This document shows positions 1 to 9,165 of a stretch of DNA of 35,768 nt, in pieces. Within the stretch, counting starts at the first letter, position 1. Each line of letters starts with the position of its first letter. Origin of the DNA: Candidatus Spyradosoma merdigallinarum (GTDB lineage: Bacteria; Verrucomicrobiota; Verrucomicrobiia; Opitutales; UBA953). The notes below the pieces were generated by a model, which saw nothing but the letters and a program-made list of their open reading frames with translations, was not told where the DNA came from and made no database searches. The stretch spans positions 1 to 35,768 of the forward strand of contig DVOG01000016.1 in NCBI GenBank assembly GCA_018713755.1. The letters run 5' to 3'. The position numbers and the translations under genes are program-made.

Positions 1-647
1 TTTTCCGCCGCTTCTTTTTCTCCGGGGAAATCGGCGGGAACGCCGTCGGTCGCGTCGCTTCCTTCGTTGACGCGCGGCGCCGTCTCGGGAACGGCTTCGG
101 CGCGCGCGGGAACGGCGGAGGCGATTTTTTCGGCGGCGGCGCGCAGTTCCGCAAGGCGTTTTTCCGCGGCGTCGATTTTCTCGCGAAGCTCCTGCAGCTG
201 CGGCGCGATTTTTTCTCCGACGGCTTCGGGCAGGTTTTCGAAACGCTCGTCGAGCGCGCGGCTGATTTTTCCGAAAAAGTCGTCCAGGTCGTCCGCGATG
301 TCGACGTCGCGCGCGGCGAGTGCGTTTTTCTCGATTTCGTTTTGGCGCTCGGCGAGAGCGGCGATGCGGCGGACGAGCGTTTCTCCGAGCGAGCGCAGAT
401 CCTCGTGGATGACCTGCTGGTTGGCGAGGATTTTGCGCGCGGCTTCGTCGTCCGGCCGCGGCTGCGGCGTTCCCGCGCGCGGCTTTTTCGCTTCGAGAAT
501 GAACGGGAGGGTCGCGCAGATTTGCCCGACGACGAGCACGGCGGCGAGCAGCGTCAGCGTTCCCGCGCCGTGCGTTTCCCGGCTGACGTAAAAGAGCGCC
601 GCCGCGGCCGCCGCGACGAAGATGATGGGGAGAGCGATTTTTTGCAT
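1..647 (-). CDS. Hypothetical membrane protein with coiled-coil region (3' end runs off the window)
   Basis: Not in the ORF track; read by hand from ATG at 647: MQKIALPIIFVAAAAALFYVSRETHGAGTLTLLAAVLVVGQICATLPFILEAKK..., two hydrophobic segments followed by a charged helical region (LQELREKIDAAEKRLAELRAAAEK); no stop seen before position 1. Confidence 0.7.
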   Translation of the reverse strand, partial: MQKIALPIIFVAAAAAALFYVSRETHGAGTLTLLAAVLVVGQICATLPFILEAKKPRAGTPQPRPDDEAARKILANQQVIHEDLRSLGETLVRRIAALAERQNEIEKNALAARDVDIADDLDDFFGKISRALDERFENLPEAVGEKIAPQLQELREKIDAAEKRLAELRAAAEKIASAVPARAEAVPETAPRVNEGSDATDGVPADFPGEKEAAE

Positions 648-765
648 GGCGGAAAACTGCGCGTTCAACGATGCGCGCGCGCGTTCCCGCGGGCAAGTTG
701 AAAATGCGGCGGCGGAAACATTCTTGCCGTTCGAGGAGGGCGCGTTCCCGCGGCGCGATTTTTTT

Positions 766-1785
766 TCAGCTCACGAAGCCGACTTTGCGGTAGACTTTCG
801 CGAGCGTGCGGTTCGCCGTCCGCTGCGCGGTTTCGGCGCCGGCCTTGAGCACGGCGTCGAGGTGGTCTTTTTGCGAAACCAGTTCTTCGTAGCGGTCGCG
901 AATCGGGGAAAGCAGCGCGACGACGGCGTCGGCGACGGCTTTCTTGAACTCGCCGTAGCCTTTGCCGGCGAAGGCGTCCTCGACGGCTTCCGGCGTCGTT
1001 CCCGCGGCGGCGGCGTAAATCGAAATCAGGTTCGTCACGCCGGGCTTGTTTTCGGGATCGCGGCGAATCGAGCCTTCGGAGTCCGTGACGGCGGACATGA
1101 TTTTTTTGCGGATCGCGTCGTTCGAGTCGATGATGTAGACGGTTCCCGCCTGGTTGGGGTCGGATTTCGACATTTTCGCGGTCGGCGTCTGCAGCGACAT
1201 GATGCGCGCGCCGGCTTCTCCGATGAAGGGCTCGGGAACGTTGAAGGTGGGCGAATACGTCGCGTTGAATTTTTCCGCGAGGTCGCGCGTGATTTCCAGG
1301 TGCTGCTTCTGGTCTTCGCCGACGGGAACGACGTGCGCGTTGTAGAGCAGGATGTCCGCCGCCATCAGCGCGGGATAATAGAGCAGGCCGGCGCCGACGG
1401 AAATTTGCTTTTTCGCTTTGTCCTTGAACTGCGTCATGCGCTCGAGCTGTCCGAGCGGGCAAAGGCAGCTGAGCACCCACGCCAGCTCCGTGTGTCCGAT
1501 GACTTGGCTTTGCGCGAACAGCGCGCTTTTCGCGGGATCGAGCCCGCACGCCATGTATTGCGCGAGGCAGGAATACGTGTTGCGCCGCAGGTCCGCGGGA
1601 ACGGTCGGCACGGTGATCGCGTGCTGGTTGGCAATCATGAAGTAGCAGACGAAGTCGTCCTGCATTTTTTTCCAGTTGTGCGCGGCGCCCAGGTAGTTGC
1701 CGAGGTGAAGCCGCCCCGTGGGCTGCATGCCGGTGAGGACGACGGGTTTCTGCCGCGCTGCGGTCTCTGGTTGATTTTCGGACAT
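766..1785 (-). CDS. trpS: Tryptophan--tRNA ligase
   Basis: TGMQPTGRLHLGNYLGA (HIGH-like), YPALMAADIL, VPVGEDQKQHLE, KMSKS. Confidence 0.97.
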   Translation of the reverse strand: MSENQPETAARQKPVVLTGMQPTGRLHLGNYLGAAHNWKKMQDDFVCYFMIANQHAITVPTVPADLRRNTYSCLAQYMACGLDPAKSALFAQSQVIGHTELAWVLSCLCPLGQLERMTQFKDKAKKQISVGAGLLYYPALMAADILLYNAHVVPVGEDQKQHLEITRDLAEKFNATYSPTFNVPEPFIGEAGARIMSLQTPTAKMSKSDPNQAGTVYIIDSNDAIRKKIMSAVTDSEGSIRRDPENKPGVTNLISIYAAAAGTTPEAVEDAFAGKGYGEFKKAVADAVVALLSPIRDRYEELVSQKDHLDAVLKAGAETAQRTANRTLAKVYRKVGFVS

Positions 1786-1898
1786 GGTTTGAAAAAAAAC
1801 GTAGCGCTCATCATGGCGCGCCGCTCGGGATTCCGCAATGAAGAAGCGCGGCGGGAACAGCTCTCGCGGGAGAATGGCGCGTTCCCGCGCAAAAAACG

Positions 1899-1927
1899 TT
1901 TACACGCGCCGCGAATCGTCGCACAAT
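1899..1927 (+). promoter_or_regulatory. Putative sigma70-type promoter for nagA
   Basis: TTTACA, 17 bp spacer, CACAAT, about 46 nt upstream of the ATG. Confidence 0.4.
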
Positions 1928-1973
1928 GAGGACTCATCCCGTTTCTCCCCGAATTCCACGCTTTTATCGTCTT

Positions 1974-3119
1974 ATGAAAACGCTCATCAAAAACGCACAC
2001 GTCATCTCGCCCGGAATCGATCTCGCGGGCGGCTCCGTTCTCGTCGAAGACGGGAAAATCGCGCAGGTCTGCGGCGCCGGCGCTCCCGTGCCCGCGGCGG
2101 ACGAAACGCTCGACGCCGGCGGGCAGATGCTCATGCCGGGCTTCATCGACATTCACTCGCACGGCGCGGGCGGCGCGGACACCTGCGACGGCACGGTCGA
2201 AGCGCTCGAAAAAATCGTCTCCTGCAAAATCAAGGAAGGCGTGACGACCTGGTTGCCGACGACGCTGACGCTCGGCTACGACACGCTCGAGAAGGTGATG
2301 CGCGCCGTCGCCGAATACCGCAAGGCGCCGCGTTCCGTCAAGATTCCCGGCGTCCACCTCGAAGGGCCGTTCGTGAATCCGAAAATGTGCGGCGCGCAGA
2401 ATCCCGACTTTCTCAAAAATCCCGATTACGCGATCGTCGAAAAGCTGAACGCGATCGCTCCCGTGCTTGTGATCACGCTCGCGCCGGAGCTTGAAGGCGC
2501 GACGGACTTCATCGCCAAGGCGACGGCGCTCGGCGTGCGCTGCTCGGCGGGCCACAGCGCTGCGACGCACGCGCAGTTTCTCGCGGCGAAAGCGGCGGGG
2601 CTCGCGCACCTCACGCACTTCTGCAACCAGATGTCGCCGCTGCACCACCGCGAAATCGGGCTGGTCGGCTCCGGTTTCCTCGATTCCACGATCAAGGCGG
2701 AAATGATCTGCGACAAGGTGCACCTTTGCCCGGACATGCTCGCGACGGCGTTCAAGGTGATGACGCCCGAGCGCATCATGATGATTACGGACTCGCTCGC
2801 CTGTTCCGGTTTGCCGGACGGACCGTCGCAGCTCGGCGGACTGCCGATCATGGTCAAAAACGGCGAGGCGCGGCTGATGTCGGGAAATCTCGCGGGATCG
2901 ACGCTGAACTATTCGCTCGGCATCCGCAATATCCGCGAAATCACGGGACTCCCGCTCAGCGAAATCGTCAAGGCGACGTCGTGGAACCAAGCGCAGTCCC
3001 TCGGCCTGCACGACCGCGGAAAAATCGCGCCGGGCTTCGCCGCGGACTTCGTGCTGCTCGGCGAAGACTTCCTCGTCACGAAAGCTTTCGTGGACGGCGT
3101 CTGCAAATTCGAACGCTGA
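1974..3119 (+). CDS. nagA: N-acetylglucosamine-6-phosphate deacetylase
   Basis: PGFIDIHSHG, HLEGPF, GHS, THFCNQM, ITDS, LAGSTL, GFAADFV; start taken at MKTLIKNAHV. Confidence 0.95.
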   Translation: MKTLIKNAHVISPGIDLAGGSVLVEDGKIAQVCGAGAPVPAADETLDAGGQMLMPGFIDIHSHGAGGADTCDGTVEALEKIVSCKIKEGVTTWLPTTLTLGYDTLEKVMRAVAEYRKAPRSVKIPGVHLEGPFVNPKMCGAQNPDFLKNPDYAIVEKLNAIAPVLVITLAPELEGATDFIAKATALGVRCSAGHSAATHAQFLAAKAAGLAHLTHFCNQMSPLHHREIGLVGSGFLDSTIKAEMICDKVHLCPDMLATAFKVMTPERIMMITDSLACSGLPDGPSQLGGLPIMVKNGEARLMSGNLAGSTLNYSLGIRNIREITGLPLSEIVKATSWNQAQSLGLHDRGKIAPGFAADFVLLGEDFLVTKAFVDGVCKFER

Positions 3120-3151
3120 TCGTTCCCGCAGAAAAATCTCCGCATCCTCTC

Positions 3152-3186
3152 CGGCGGGAACACGGTTTCGCGTTCCCGCCGTTTTT
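3152..3186 (+). terminator. Intrinsic terminator-like hairpin made of two inverted motif copies
   Basis: CGGCGGGAAC, 10-nt loop, GTTCCCGCCG, then TTTTT; 32 nt after the nagA stop. Confidence 0.6.
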
Positions 3187-3192
3187 CTCCCG

Positions 3193-4452
3193 ATGAGCAG
3201 AAAAGCGTCCGTCATCATCGTCGGCGGCGGCGGCCGCGGCACGATTTATTCCCGTCTCCTGCGGGAAATGCCCGAGAAGGCGAAAGTCGTCGCCGTCGCC
3301 GAGCCGCGCGAATTTTTTCGCCGACGCATCGCGGAAATGCACGACGTTCCCGCGGAGAACGCCGCGGCGGACTGGCGGGAGCTCGCCGCGCGCCCGAAGT
3401 TCGCGGACGCGGTCGTCATCGCCACGCAGGACCGCATGCACCTCGAGCCGACGCTCGCTTTCTCCGAAAAAAAATACCACATCCTGCTGGAAAAGCCGCT
3501 CGCGCCCGATCTCGACGGCTGCCGCCGCCTGGTCGAGGCCGTCGCCCGCAGCGGCGTAATTCTTTCCGTCTGCCACGTGCTGCGCTACACGGAGTTCACG
3601 CGCGCGCTCAAGGCGCTGCTCGACGCGGGAACAATCGGGAAAATCGTTTCCGTGCAGCACTTGGAGCCGGTCGGGCACTGGCGTTTCGCGCACTCGTTCG
3701 TGCGCGGGAACTGGCGGCGCGAAAGCGAGTCTTCGCCTGTGCTGCTCGCGAAATCCGCGCATGACATCGACTGGATCCGCTACATCGTCGGCTCGCCCGC
3801 GGCGCGCGTTTCGTCGTTCGGGTCGCTGATGTTTTTCAGGCAAGAAAATCGCCCGGCGGGAGCGTCGCCGCGCTGCGCGGATTGCGCCGTCGCGGGAACG
3901 TGCCCCTACGACGCCGTGAAATTCTACACGGAGCGTCTGCGCGCGGGAACGCTCGACGCCTACGTCGAAAGCGTGACGGGAACGCCGACGCAGGAAAGTT
4001 TGCTCGAAAACCTGCGCGTCGGCCCCTACGGGCGCTGCGTGTTCGCGTGCGACAACGACGTCGCCGACCATCAGGTCGTCAACGTCGAGTTCGAAAGCGG
4101 CGCGACGGCGTCGTTCACGCTCGCGGGCTGCTCGAAATACGGCGACAGACGCATCACGATTTTCGGTTCCCTCGGCGAAATTTCCGGCGACGGAGAAAAT
4201 ATTTTTCTCAGTTCTTATCTCGCGGGAACGACGGAGCGCGTGCCCGTTCCCGCGCCGCGCATCGCCGAAGACCGCCACGGCGGCGGCGATTTCAACCTCC
4301 TCGACGCTTTCGTCGAGGCCGTGCTTTCGGGCGACGCGCGCGGAATCGTTTCCGGCGCGGATGTTTCCCTCGAAACGCACGCGCTCGCGTTCGCCGCGGA
4401 AGCCGCGCGCCGCGAAAACCGCATCGTCGAAATGCGCGATTTTCTTCGCTGA
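3193..4452 (+). CDS. Gfo/Idh/MocA family NAD(P)-dependent oxidoreductase
   Basis: IIVGGGGRG Rossmann motif, DAVVIATQDRMH, ILLEKP, HSFVRGNWR, HDIDW, HGGGD. Confidence 0.92.
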   Translation: MSRKASVIIVGGGGRGTIYSRLLREMPEKAKVVAVAEPREFFRRRIAEMHDVPAENAAADWRELAARPKFADAVVIATQDRMHLEPTLAFSEKKYHILLEKPLAPDLDGCRRLVEAVARSGVILSVCHVLRYTEFTRALKALLDAGTIGKIVSVQHLEPVGHWRFAHSFVRGNWRRESESSPVLLAKSAHDIDWIRYIVGSPAARVSSFGSLMFFRQENRPAGASPRCADCAVAGTCPYDAVKFYTERLRAGTLDAYVESVTGTPTQESLLENLRVGPYGRCVFACDNDVADHQVVNVEFESGATASFTLAGCSKYGDRRITIFGSLGEISGDGENIFLSSYLAGTTERVPVPAPRIAEDRHGGGDFNLLDAFVEAVLSGDARGIVSGADVSLETHALAFAAEAARRENRIVEMRDFLR

Positions 4453-4489
4453 CGTTGCCGCGCGCGCGTTCCCGCGCGGCGTCGATTTT

Positions 4490-5059
4490 ATGACCAAGAT
4501 GAATTTCGGAAACGAGCACGCCGGAAAGATTCGCCTGGAAGACGTCGGGAAATCGGATTGGCGGGAGTTCAAAACGCAGGCGCAGCGGGCGCTGACCGCG
4601 GCCGTCGCGGAAAAATTCGGCTTCCGCGGGCTCGTTCCGCTCGAAGAGGATTTTCGGGAGTTGCTGAAAAAGCAAGGACTTCATCTGAAGTTTTTCGTCG
4701 CGGGAACGGAAAAAATCGGCGGCGCAGCCGTGCTGTCCGACGAAAAGACGCGGCGCTGCTTCGTCGAGCTGTTTTTTCTGCGGGAGGAATTCCAAGGGCG
4801 CGGCTTGGGCGTCGCCGCTTGGAAGTCGCTTGAAGACGCGTTCCCGCGGACGAGGCTCTGGAAACTGTGCACGCCGTATTTCGAAAAACGGAACATTCAT
4901 TTTTACGTGAACAAATGCGGCTTCCGCATCACGGAATTCGTGAACGCCCGGCACAGAAGCGCCGACGAAAACTGCAACAGCCCCGCCGGCGAAGAAGGGC
5001 CTTGGCGCGACGAGCTTCTCGTCTTCGAAAAACCGACGCCGCGTCCCGGCATCGCGTGA
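4490..5059 (+). CDS. GNAT family N-acetyltransferase
   Basis: LFFLREEFQGRGLG acetyl-CoA motif, TPYFEKRNIHFYVNKCGF. Confidence 0.85.
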   Translation: MTKMNFGNEHAGKIRLEDVGKSDWREFKTQAQRALTAAVAEKFGFRGLVPLEEDFRELLKKQGLHLKFFVAGTEKIGGAAVLSDEKTRRCFVELFFLREEFQGRGLGVAAWKSLEDAFPRTRLWKLCTPYFEKRNIHFYVNKCGFRITEFVNARHRSADENCNSPAGEEGPWRDELLVFEKPTPRPGIA

Positions 5060-5073
5060 ACCCGCGCGTCGCG

Positions 5074-5121
5074 AAAAAATCCGCGAAATCGCCGTTGAGC
5101 CGATTTCGCGGATTTTTTTTT
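5074..5121. terminator. Bidirectional intrinsic terminator between the GNAT gene and tRNA-Tyr
   Basis: AAAAAATCCGCGAAATCG ... CGATTTCGCGGATTTTTT inverted repeat with A/T tails between convergent genes. Confidence 0.85.
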
Positions 5122-5124
5122 AAG

Positions 5125-5210
5125 TGGTGGTGAGAGAGGGATTCGAACCCCCGAACGGAAAACCGAATGGATTTACAGTCCACGCCCTTTAGCCACTTGG
5201 ATATCTCACC
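5125..5210 (-). tRNA. tRNA-Tyr (GTA)
   Basis: Reverse complement GGTGAGATATCCAAGTGGCTAAAGGGCGTGGACTGTAAATCCA...GGGGGTTCGAATCCCTCTCTCACCACCA: 7-bp acceptor stem, anticodon loop CT-GTA-AA, long variable arm, TTCGAAT T-loop, encoded CCA. Confidence 0.95.
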
Positions 5211-5326
5211 GATGTGAAAAGGAAATACAAAAATGTTCCGTTTCCGCGATTTTTGCAAGCGTTTTTTGTTTCTCGAGAGGAGATTTTTCATTTGAAAAAA
5301 AACCTCTCGGCGGAAAGACTTTGCGC

Positions 5327-5830
5327 ATGAACTACCTGCACGCGTATTGGAGAATGGCCTACATCGAAGCGCCGAAAAAAGACGCCGCGCCGAAGAGCGA
5401 CGACCCGTTCGCCGAGATTCCGAAAGTCGCGGACGAAAAGTCCGTTCATCTGCTTTATCGCGGGAAAACGGGCTACCTCGTTCTGAACACGTTCCCGTAC
5501 AACGCCGGGCACCTGCTCGCCATTCCTTATCGCGCCGTTCCCGCGCTCGCGGAGCTGACGCCGGAAGAGCGCGCAGACCTGATGGAGCTGATCGTGCTCG
5601 CGCAGAAAATTCTCTCCGACGCGCTGCATCCGCACGGCTTCAACGTCGGCTTCAATTTCGGCGCGTCCGCCGGCGCGGGCATCCCGAAGCACCTGCACTG
5701 CCACATCGTGCCGCGCTGGGAGGGCGACAGCAATTTCATGCCGGTCATTGCTGACACGCGCACGCTTCCCGCGTCGCTCGACATGATGTGGGAGCGGCTG
5801 AAGAAATTCACGCCGCCGCACGTCGCCTGA
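5327..5830 (+). CDS. HIT family protein (Ap4A phosphorylase/hydrolase-like)
   Basis: WRMAYI, LNTFPYNAGHLL, GFNVGFNFGASAGAGI, HLHCHIVPRW histidine triad. Confidence 0.92.
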   Translation: MNYLHAYWRMAYIEAPKKDAAPKSDDPFAEIPKVADEKSVHLLYRGKTGYLVLNTFPYNAGHLLAIPYRAVPALAELTPEERADLMELIVLAQKILSDALHPHGFNVGFNFGASAGAGIPKHLHCHIVPRWEGDSNFMPVIADTRTLPASLDMMWERLKKFTPPHVA

Positions 5831-5855
5831 ACCGCAGCTCCATCGGGAACGGCAG

Positions 5856-7169
5856 ATGCTTGATTTTTTCGAGGAGGACGCCGCGCGCGCCGCGGGAACG
5901 CCCGACGCGGAAACGCCGCTTTCCGTGACGGAATTCACGCGGCGCATCCGTGCGCTCGTCGAAAACGCGTTCGGGGACGTCCGCGTCCGCGGCGAAGTAT
6001 CGAATTTGCGGATACAGTCGAGCGGGCACGCGTATTTCACGCTGAAGGACGCCGGCGCGCAGCTTTCCGCCGTCGCGTTCCGCGGCACGCTCGCGCGGTC
6101 TGAGACGCGTCTGCGCGAGGGGATGCAGCTCGTCGTGTCCGGGAAAATCAGCGTTTACGAGCCGCGCGGGAACTATCAGATCGTCGTTCGCGCTTTTCAG
6201 GAAGAAGGGCTCGGGCGGCTGCAGGAGGCTTTCGAAAAACTGCGCCGCAAGCTCGAAGCCGAAGGGCTTTTCGACAAGAGCCTGAAGCGCGCGATTCCTC
6301 CGCTCCCGCGGACGATCGCGTTCGTCACGTCGCCGACGGGAGCGGCGATCCGCGACTTCATCAGCATTCTGCGCCGGCGCGGCTGGAAGGGGCGGCTGCT
6401 CGTCGTTCCCGCCAAGGTGCAGGGCGTCGGCGCCGCGGAAGAAATCGCGCGCGGCATCAAGTCGGCGAACGCCGTGCGCGGGCTGGAGCTGCTCGTCGTC
6501 GGACGCGGCGGCGGAAGCCTCGAAGACCTCTGGTGCTTCAACGAGGAAATCGTCGCGCGCGCCGTGCGCGCTTCCCGCGTTCCCGTGATTTCCGCCGTCG
6601 GACACGAAATCGATTTCACGCTGAGCGACTTCGCCGCGGATCTCCGCGCGGAAACGCCTTCCGCCGCCGCGGAATACATCTCGAGCGCTCGCATGGAAAT
6701 GACGGATCGCGTCGACGCCGCTTCCGCGCAGCTCGAGAATCTGACGGAGCGCGCGATTCAGGATTTTTCTCAGCACGTCGATCTGCTCGAGTCCAAGCTC
6801 GCGCGCAATTCTCCGTTGAACCGGCTGCATCTTGCGCGGGAACGGCTTTCGGGAACGGCGTCGCGCCTTGCCGCCGCTTCCGCCGGGCGCATTTCCCGCT
6901 TGCGCGAAACGCTTTCCGCCGCCGCGTTTTCGCTCGAGCGGCAGAACCCGGAGCATCGCGTGAAGCTTGCGCGCCTGCGCCTCGAACAGCTCGCGACGCG
7001 CTTGTCTGCGTCGGGCTTGGACGCGACGCTTCGCCGCGGATTTGCCGTCGCCCGCGACGCGAAAACCGGAAAAATCATCGGGCGTTCCCGCGAGGTCGGC
7101 TTCGGGCAGCTCGTCGAGCTTCAGTTCGCCGACGGGCGCACGCGCGTCGAGGGGCGCGATTTGAATTGA
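5856..7169 (+). CDS. xseA: Exodeoxyribonuclease VII large subunit
   Basis: GEVSN, SGHAYFTLKD, VTSPTGAAIRD, RGGGSLEDLWCFN, SAVGHEID, AETPSAAAE. Confidence 0.97.
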   Translation: MLDFFEEDAARAAGTPDAETPLSVTEFTRRIRALVENAFGDVRVRGEVSNLRIQSSGHAYFTLKDAGAQLSAVAFRGTLARSETRLREGMQLVVSGKISVYEPRGNYQIVVRAFQEEGLGRLQEAFEKLRRKLEAEGLFDKSLKRAIPPLPRTIAFVTSPTGAAIRDFISILRRRGWKGRLLVVPAKVQGVGAAEEIARGIKSANAVRGLELLVVGRGGGSLEDLWCFNEEIVARAVRASRVPVISAVGHEIDFTLSDFAADLRAETPSAAAEYISSARMEMTDRVDAASAQLENLTERAIQDFSQHVDLLESKLARNSPLNRLHLARERLSGTASRLAAASAGRISRLRETLSAAAFSLERQNPEHRVKLARLRLEQLATRLSASGLDATLRRGFAVARDAKTGKIIGRSREVGFGQLVELQFADGRTRVEGRDLN

Positions 7170-7171
7170 AA

Positions 7172-8068
7172 ATGAACGGCGGAGAAAAAGACGGCGGCGG
7201 CGCGTTTCGGCCGCGCGTTCCCGCGGGAACGGCGGCGCGGGACTTGCCCGTCGCGCTCACCGTCGCCGGCTCGGATTCCGGCGGCGGCGCGGGCATTCAG
7301 GCGGATTTGCTGACGTTCGCCGCGCACGGCGTTTTCGGGACGACGGCGATTTCCGCGCTCACGGCGCAGAATCCGCGCGGCGTTTCCGGCGTCCATCCCG
7401 TTCCCGCCGCTTTCGTGCTCGAACAGGCGGAGCAGGTTGCCCGCTTTTTCCCCGTTTCCGCGGCGAAGACGGGAATGCTCGCCGACGCGGAAATCATTTC
7501 CGCCGTCGCCGATTTTTTCTCGGCGCATCGGGAAATTCGGCTCGTCGCCGATCCCGTGATGATCGCGACGAGCGGCGCCCGGCTGATCGACGAAGACGCG
7601 GTTTCCGCGCTGCGGGAACGCCTGCTGCCGCTCGCGTCGCTCGTCACGCCAAATCTCGACGAAGCGGAAGTCCTGCTCGGAGAAAAGTTTTCGTGGCGCG
7701 GGAACGCCGCCGCCGAGGCGGAGGAAATGCCGCGCTCGGCGCAGCGGCTCGCCGACGCGCTCGGCGTTCCCGCGCTGCTCAAGGGCGGGCACGGCGCTGG
7801 CGCGAAGATTCTCGACGTGCTCGCGTTTCCGGGAGACGCCGCGTCCCGTTTCGCGGAAGTTCACGCGCGTATCGAAGAGACGGATACGCACGGGAGCGGC
7901 TGCACGCTTTCCGCGGCGGTCGCCGCGAATCTCGCGCTCGACGCGGGGAAGAATTTCGGAGAAAAAGAGCGGCTCGTCCGCGCCGTTTCGCGCGCGGCGG
8001 CATACGCGGCGCGCGGCATCGCGTTCCCGCTGCGCGTCGCCGGCGCGCGGTTCATCGCGCATTTGTGA
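7172..8068 (+). CDS. thiD: Hydroxymethylpyrimidine/phosphomethylpyrimidine kinase
   Basis: ALTVAGSDSGGGAGIQADL, KTGML, DPVM, TPNLDEAE, LKGGH, THGSGCTLSAA. Confidence 0.95.
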   Translation: MNGGEKDGGGAFRPRVPAGTAARDLPVALTVAGSDSGGGAGIQADLLTFAAHGVFGTTAISALTAQNPRGVSGVHPVPAAFVLEQAEQVARFFPVSAAKTGMLADAEIISAVADFFSAHREIRLVADPVMIATSGARLIDEDAVSALRERLLPLASLVTPNLDEAEVLLGEKFSWRGNAAAEAEEMPRSAQRLADALGVPALLKGGHGAGAKILDVLAFPGDAASRFAEVHARIEETDTHGSGCTLSAAVAANLALDAGKNFGEKERLVRAVSRAAAYAARGIAFPLRVAGARFIAHL

Positions 8069-8077
8069 TCGCGCGCG

Positions 8078-9154
8078 TCAAAGGAAAACGCCGCCGCCCA
8101 GCAGCGTTTCGCCGTCATAGAGCGCGAGAATCTGCCCGGACGCGAGCGCGCGTTGCGTCTCCTTGTAAAGGATGCGCGCGCCGCCGTTCCCGTCGGGAGA
8201 GAAGACGATCGGCGTCGAGGCGTCGCGGTAGCGCACGCGGGCGAGGAGCTCGCGCTCTTCCGTCACGGGGCGATTGATCCACGAGAGATTTTTCACGCGG
8301 GATTCGTTCGTGTAAAGACCGGGAACGTCGGGGTGGTCGAAGGCGACGACGAGCTCGTTTTCTTCGAAGCGTTTGGCGACGACGACGTAGTGTTCGTCGT
8401 CGGCGTTCGAGGGAACGCCGATTCCGCGGCGCTGACCGATGGTGTAGCGATGCAGGCCCTTGTGCTCGCCGAGGATTTTTCCCGAAAGATCCACGACGGC
8501 GCCGGGCTTTTCGGGAATGTATTGCCCGAGAAATTCGTTGATGCGGATTTTTCCGATGAAGCAGATGCCCTGGCTGTCTTTGCGCGCGGCGTTGGGCAGC
8601 CCCGCCTCCGCGGCGACGGCGCGCAGTTCCCGTTTGAGCAGATGCCCGACGGGGAAGAGCGCGCGGCGCGCCTGCTCCTGACGCAGCAGCGCGAGAAAAT
8701 AGCTTTGATCCTTGCCGGGATCGTTCCCGCAAAGAATGTCCGCCGAGCCGTCCGCGTTCACGCGTTTCCGCGCGTAATGTCCCGTGGCGACGAAGTCGAA
8801 GCCGTCGGCGAAGGCTTTTCGGGCGAACACGCCGAATTTCATTTCGCGGTTGCAGAGCACGTCCGGATTCGGCGTGACGCCGCGTCTGTATCCGTCCACG
8901 AGATAGGCGACGACGTGTTCGCGGTAGTCTTCGATCAGATCGACGACGCGGAACGGGATGCCGAGCTTTTCCGCGACGGCGCGCGCGTTCGCGACGTCGT
9001 CCTCCCATGGGCATTCGCCGAAAAATTTTCCGCCTTCCTCGTTCATCCACGTGCGCATGTAGGCGGCGCTTACGTCGTGCCCTTCGCGCTTCAGCAGAAG
9101 CGCGGCGACGGCGCTGTCGACGCCTCCGGAAAGCGCTACAAGAACTTTTGCCAT
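8078..9154 (-). CDS. mnmA: tRNA 2-thiouridine(34) synthase
   Basis: [56 protein letters not shown]; start at MAKVLV. Confidence 0.97.
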   Translation of the reverse strand: MAKVLVALSGGVDSAVAALLLKREGHDVSAAYMRTWMNEEGGKFFGECPWEDDVANARAVAEKLGIPFRVVDLIEDYREHVVAYLVDGYRRGVTPNPDVLCNREMKFGVFARKAFADGFDFVATGHYARKRVNADGSADILCGNDPGKDQSYFLALLRQEQARRALFPVGHLLKRELRAVAAEAGLPNAARKDSQGICFIGKIRINEFLGQYIPEKPGAVVDLSGKILGEHKGLHRYTIGQRRGIGVPSNADDEHYVVVAKRFEENELVVAFDHPDVPGLYTNESRVKNLSWINRPVTEERELLARVRYRDASTPIVFSPDGNGGARILYKETQRALASGQILALYDGETLLGGGVFL

Positions 9155-9165
9155 AGTTTTTTTTT

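Noticed and set aside
622-1929. Long antisense or alternative-frame ORFs (e.g. 622-1929, 18717-20507, 22986-25058, 25278-27677, 34386-35627)
   Set aside because: Shadow ORFs of high-GC genes; Arg/Ala-rich, no recognisable motifs, and they overlap well-supported genes.
34-5000. Chi- or KOPS-like polar motif
   Set aside because: Orientation is about 1:1 in the sampled region, unlike replichore-skewed motifs; not fully excluded without the whole genome.
5060-5210. Integrative element at tRNA-Tyr
   Set aside because: No integrase and no duplicated tRNA 3' end seen in the window.
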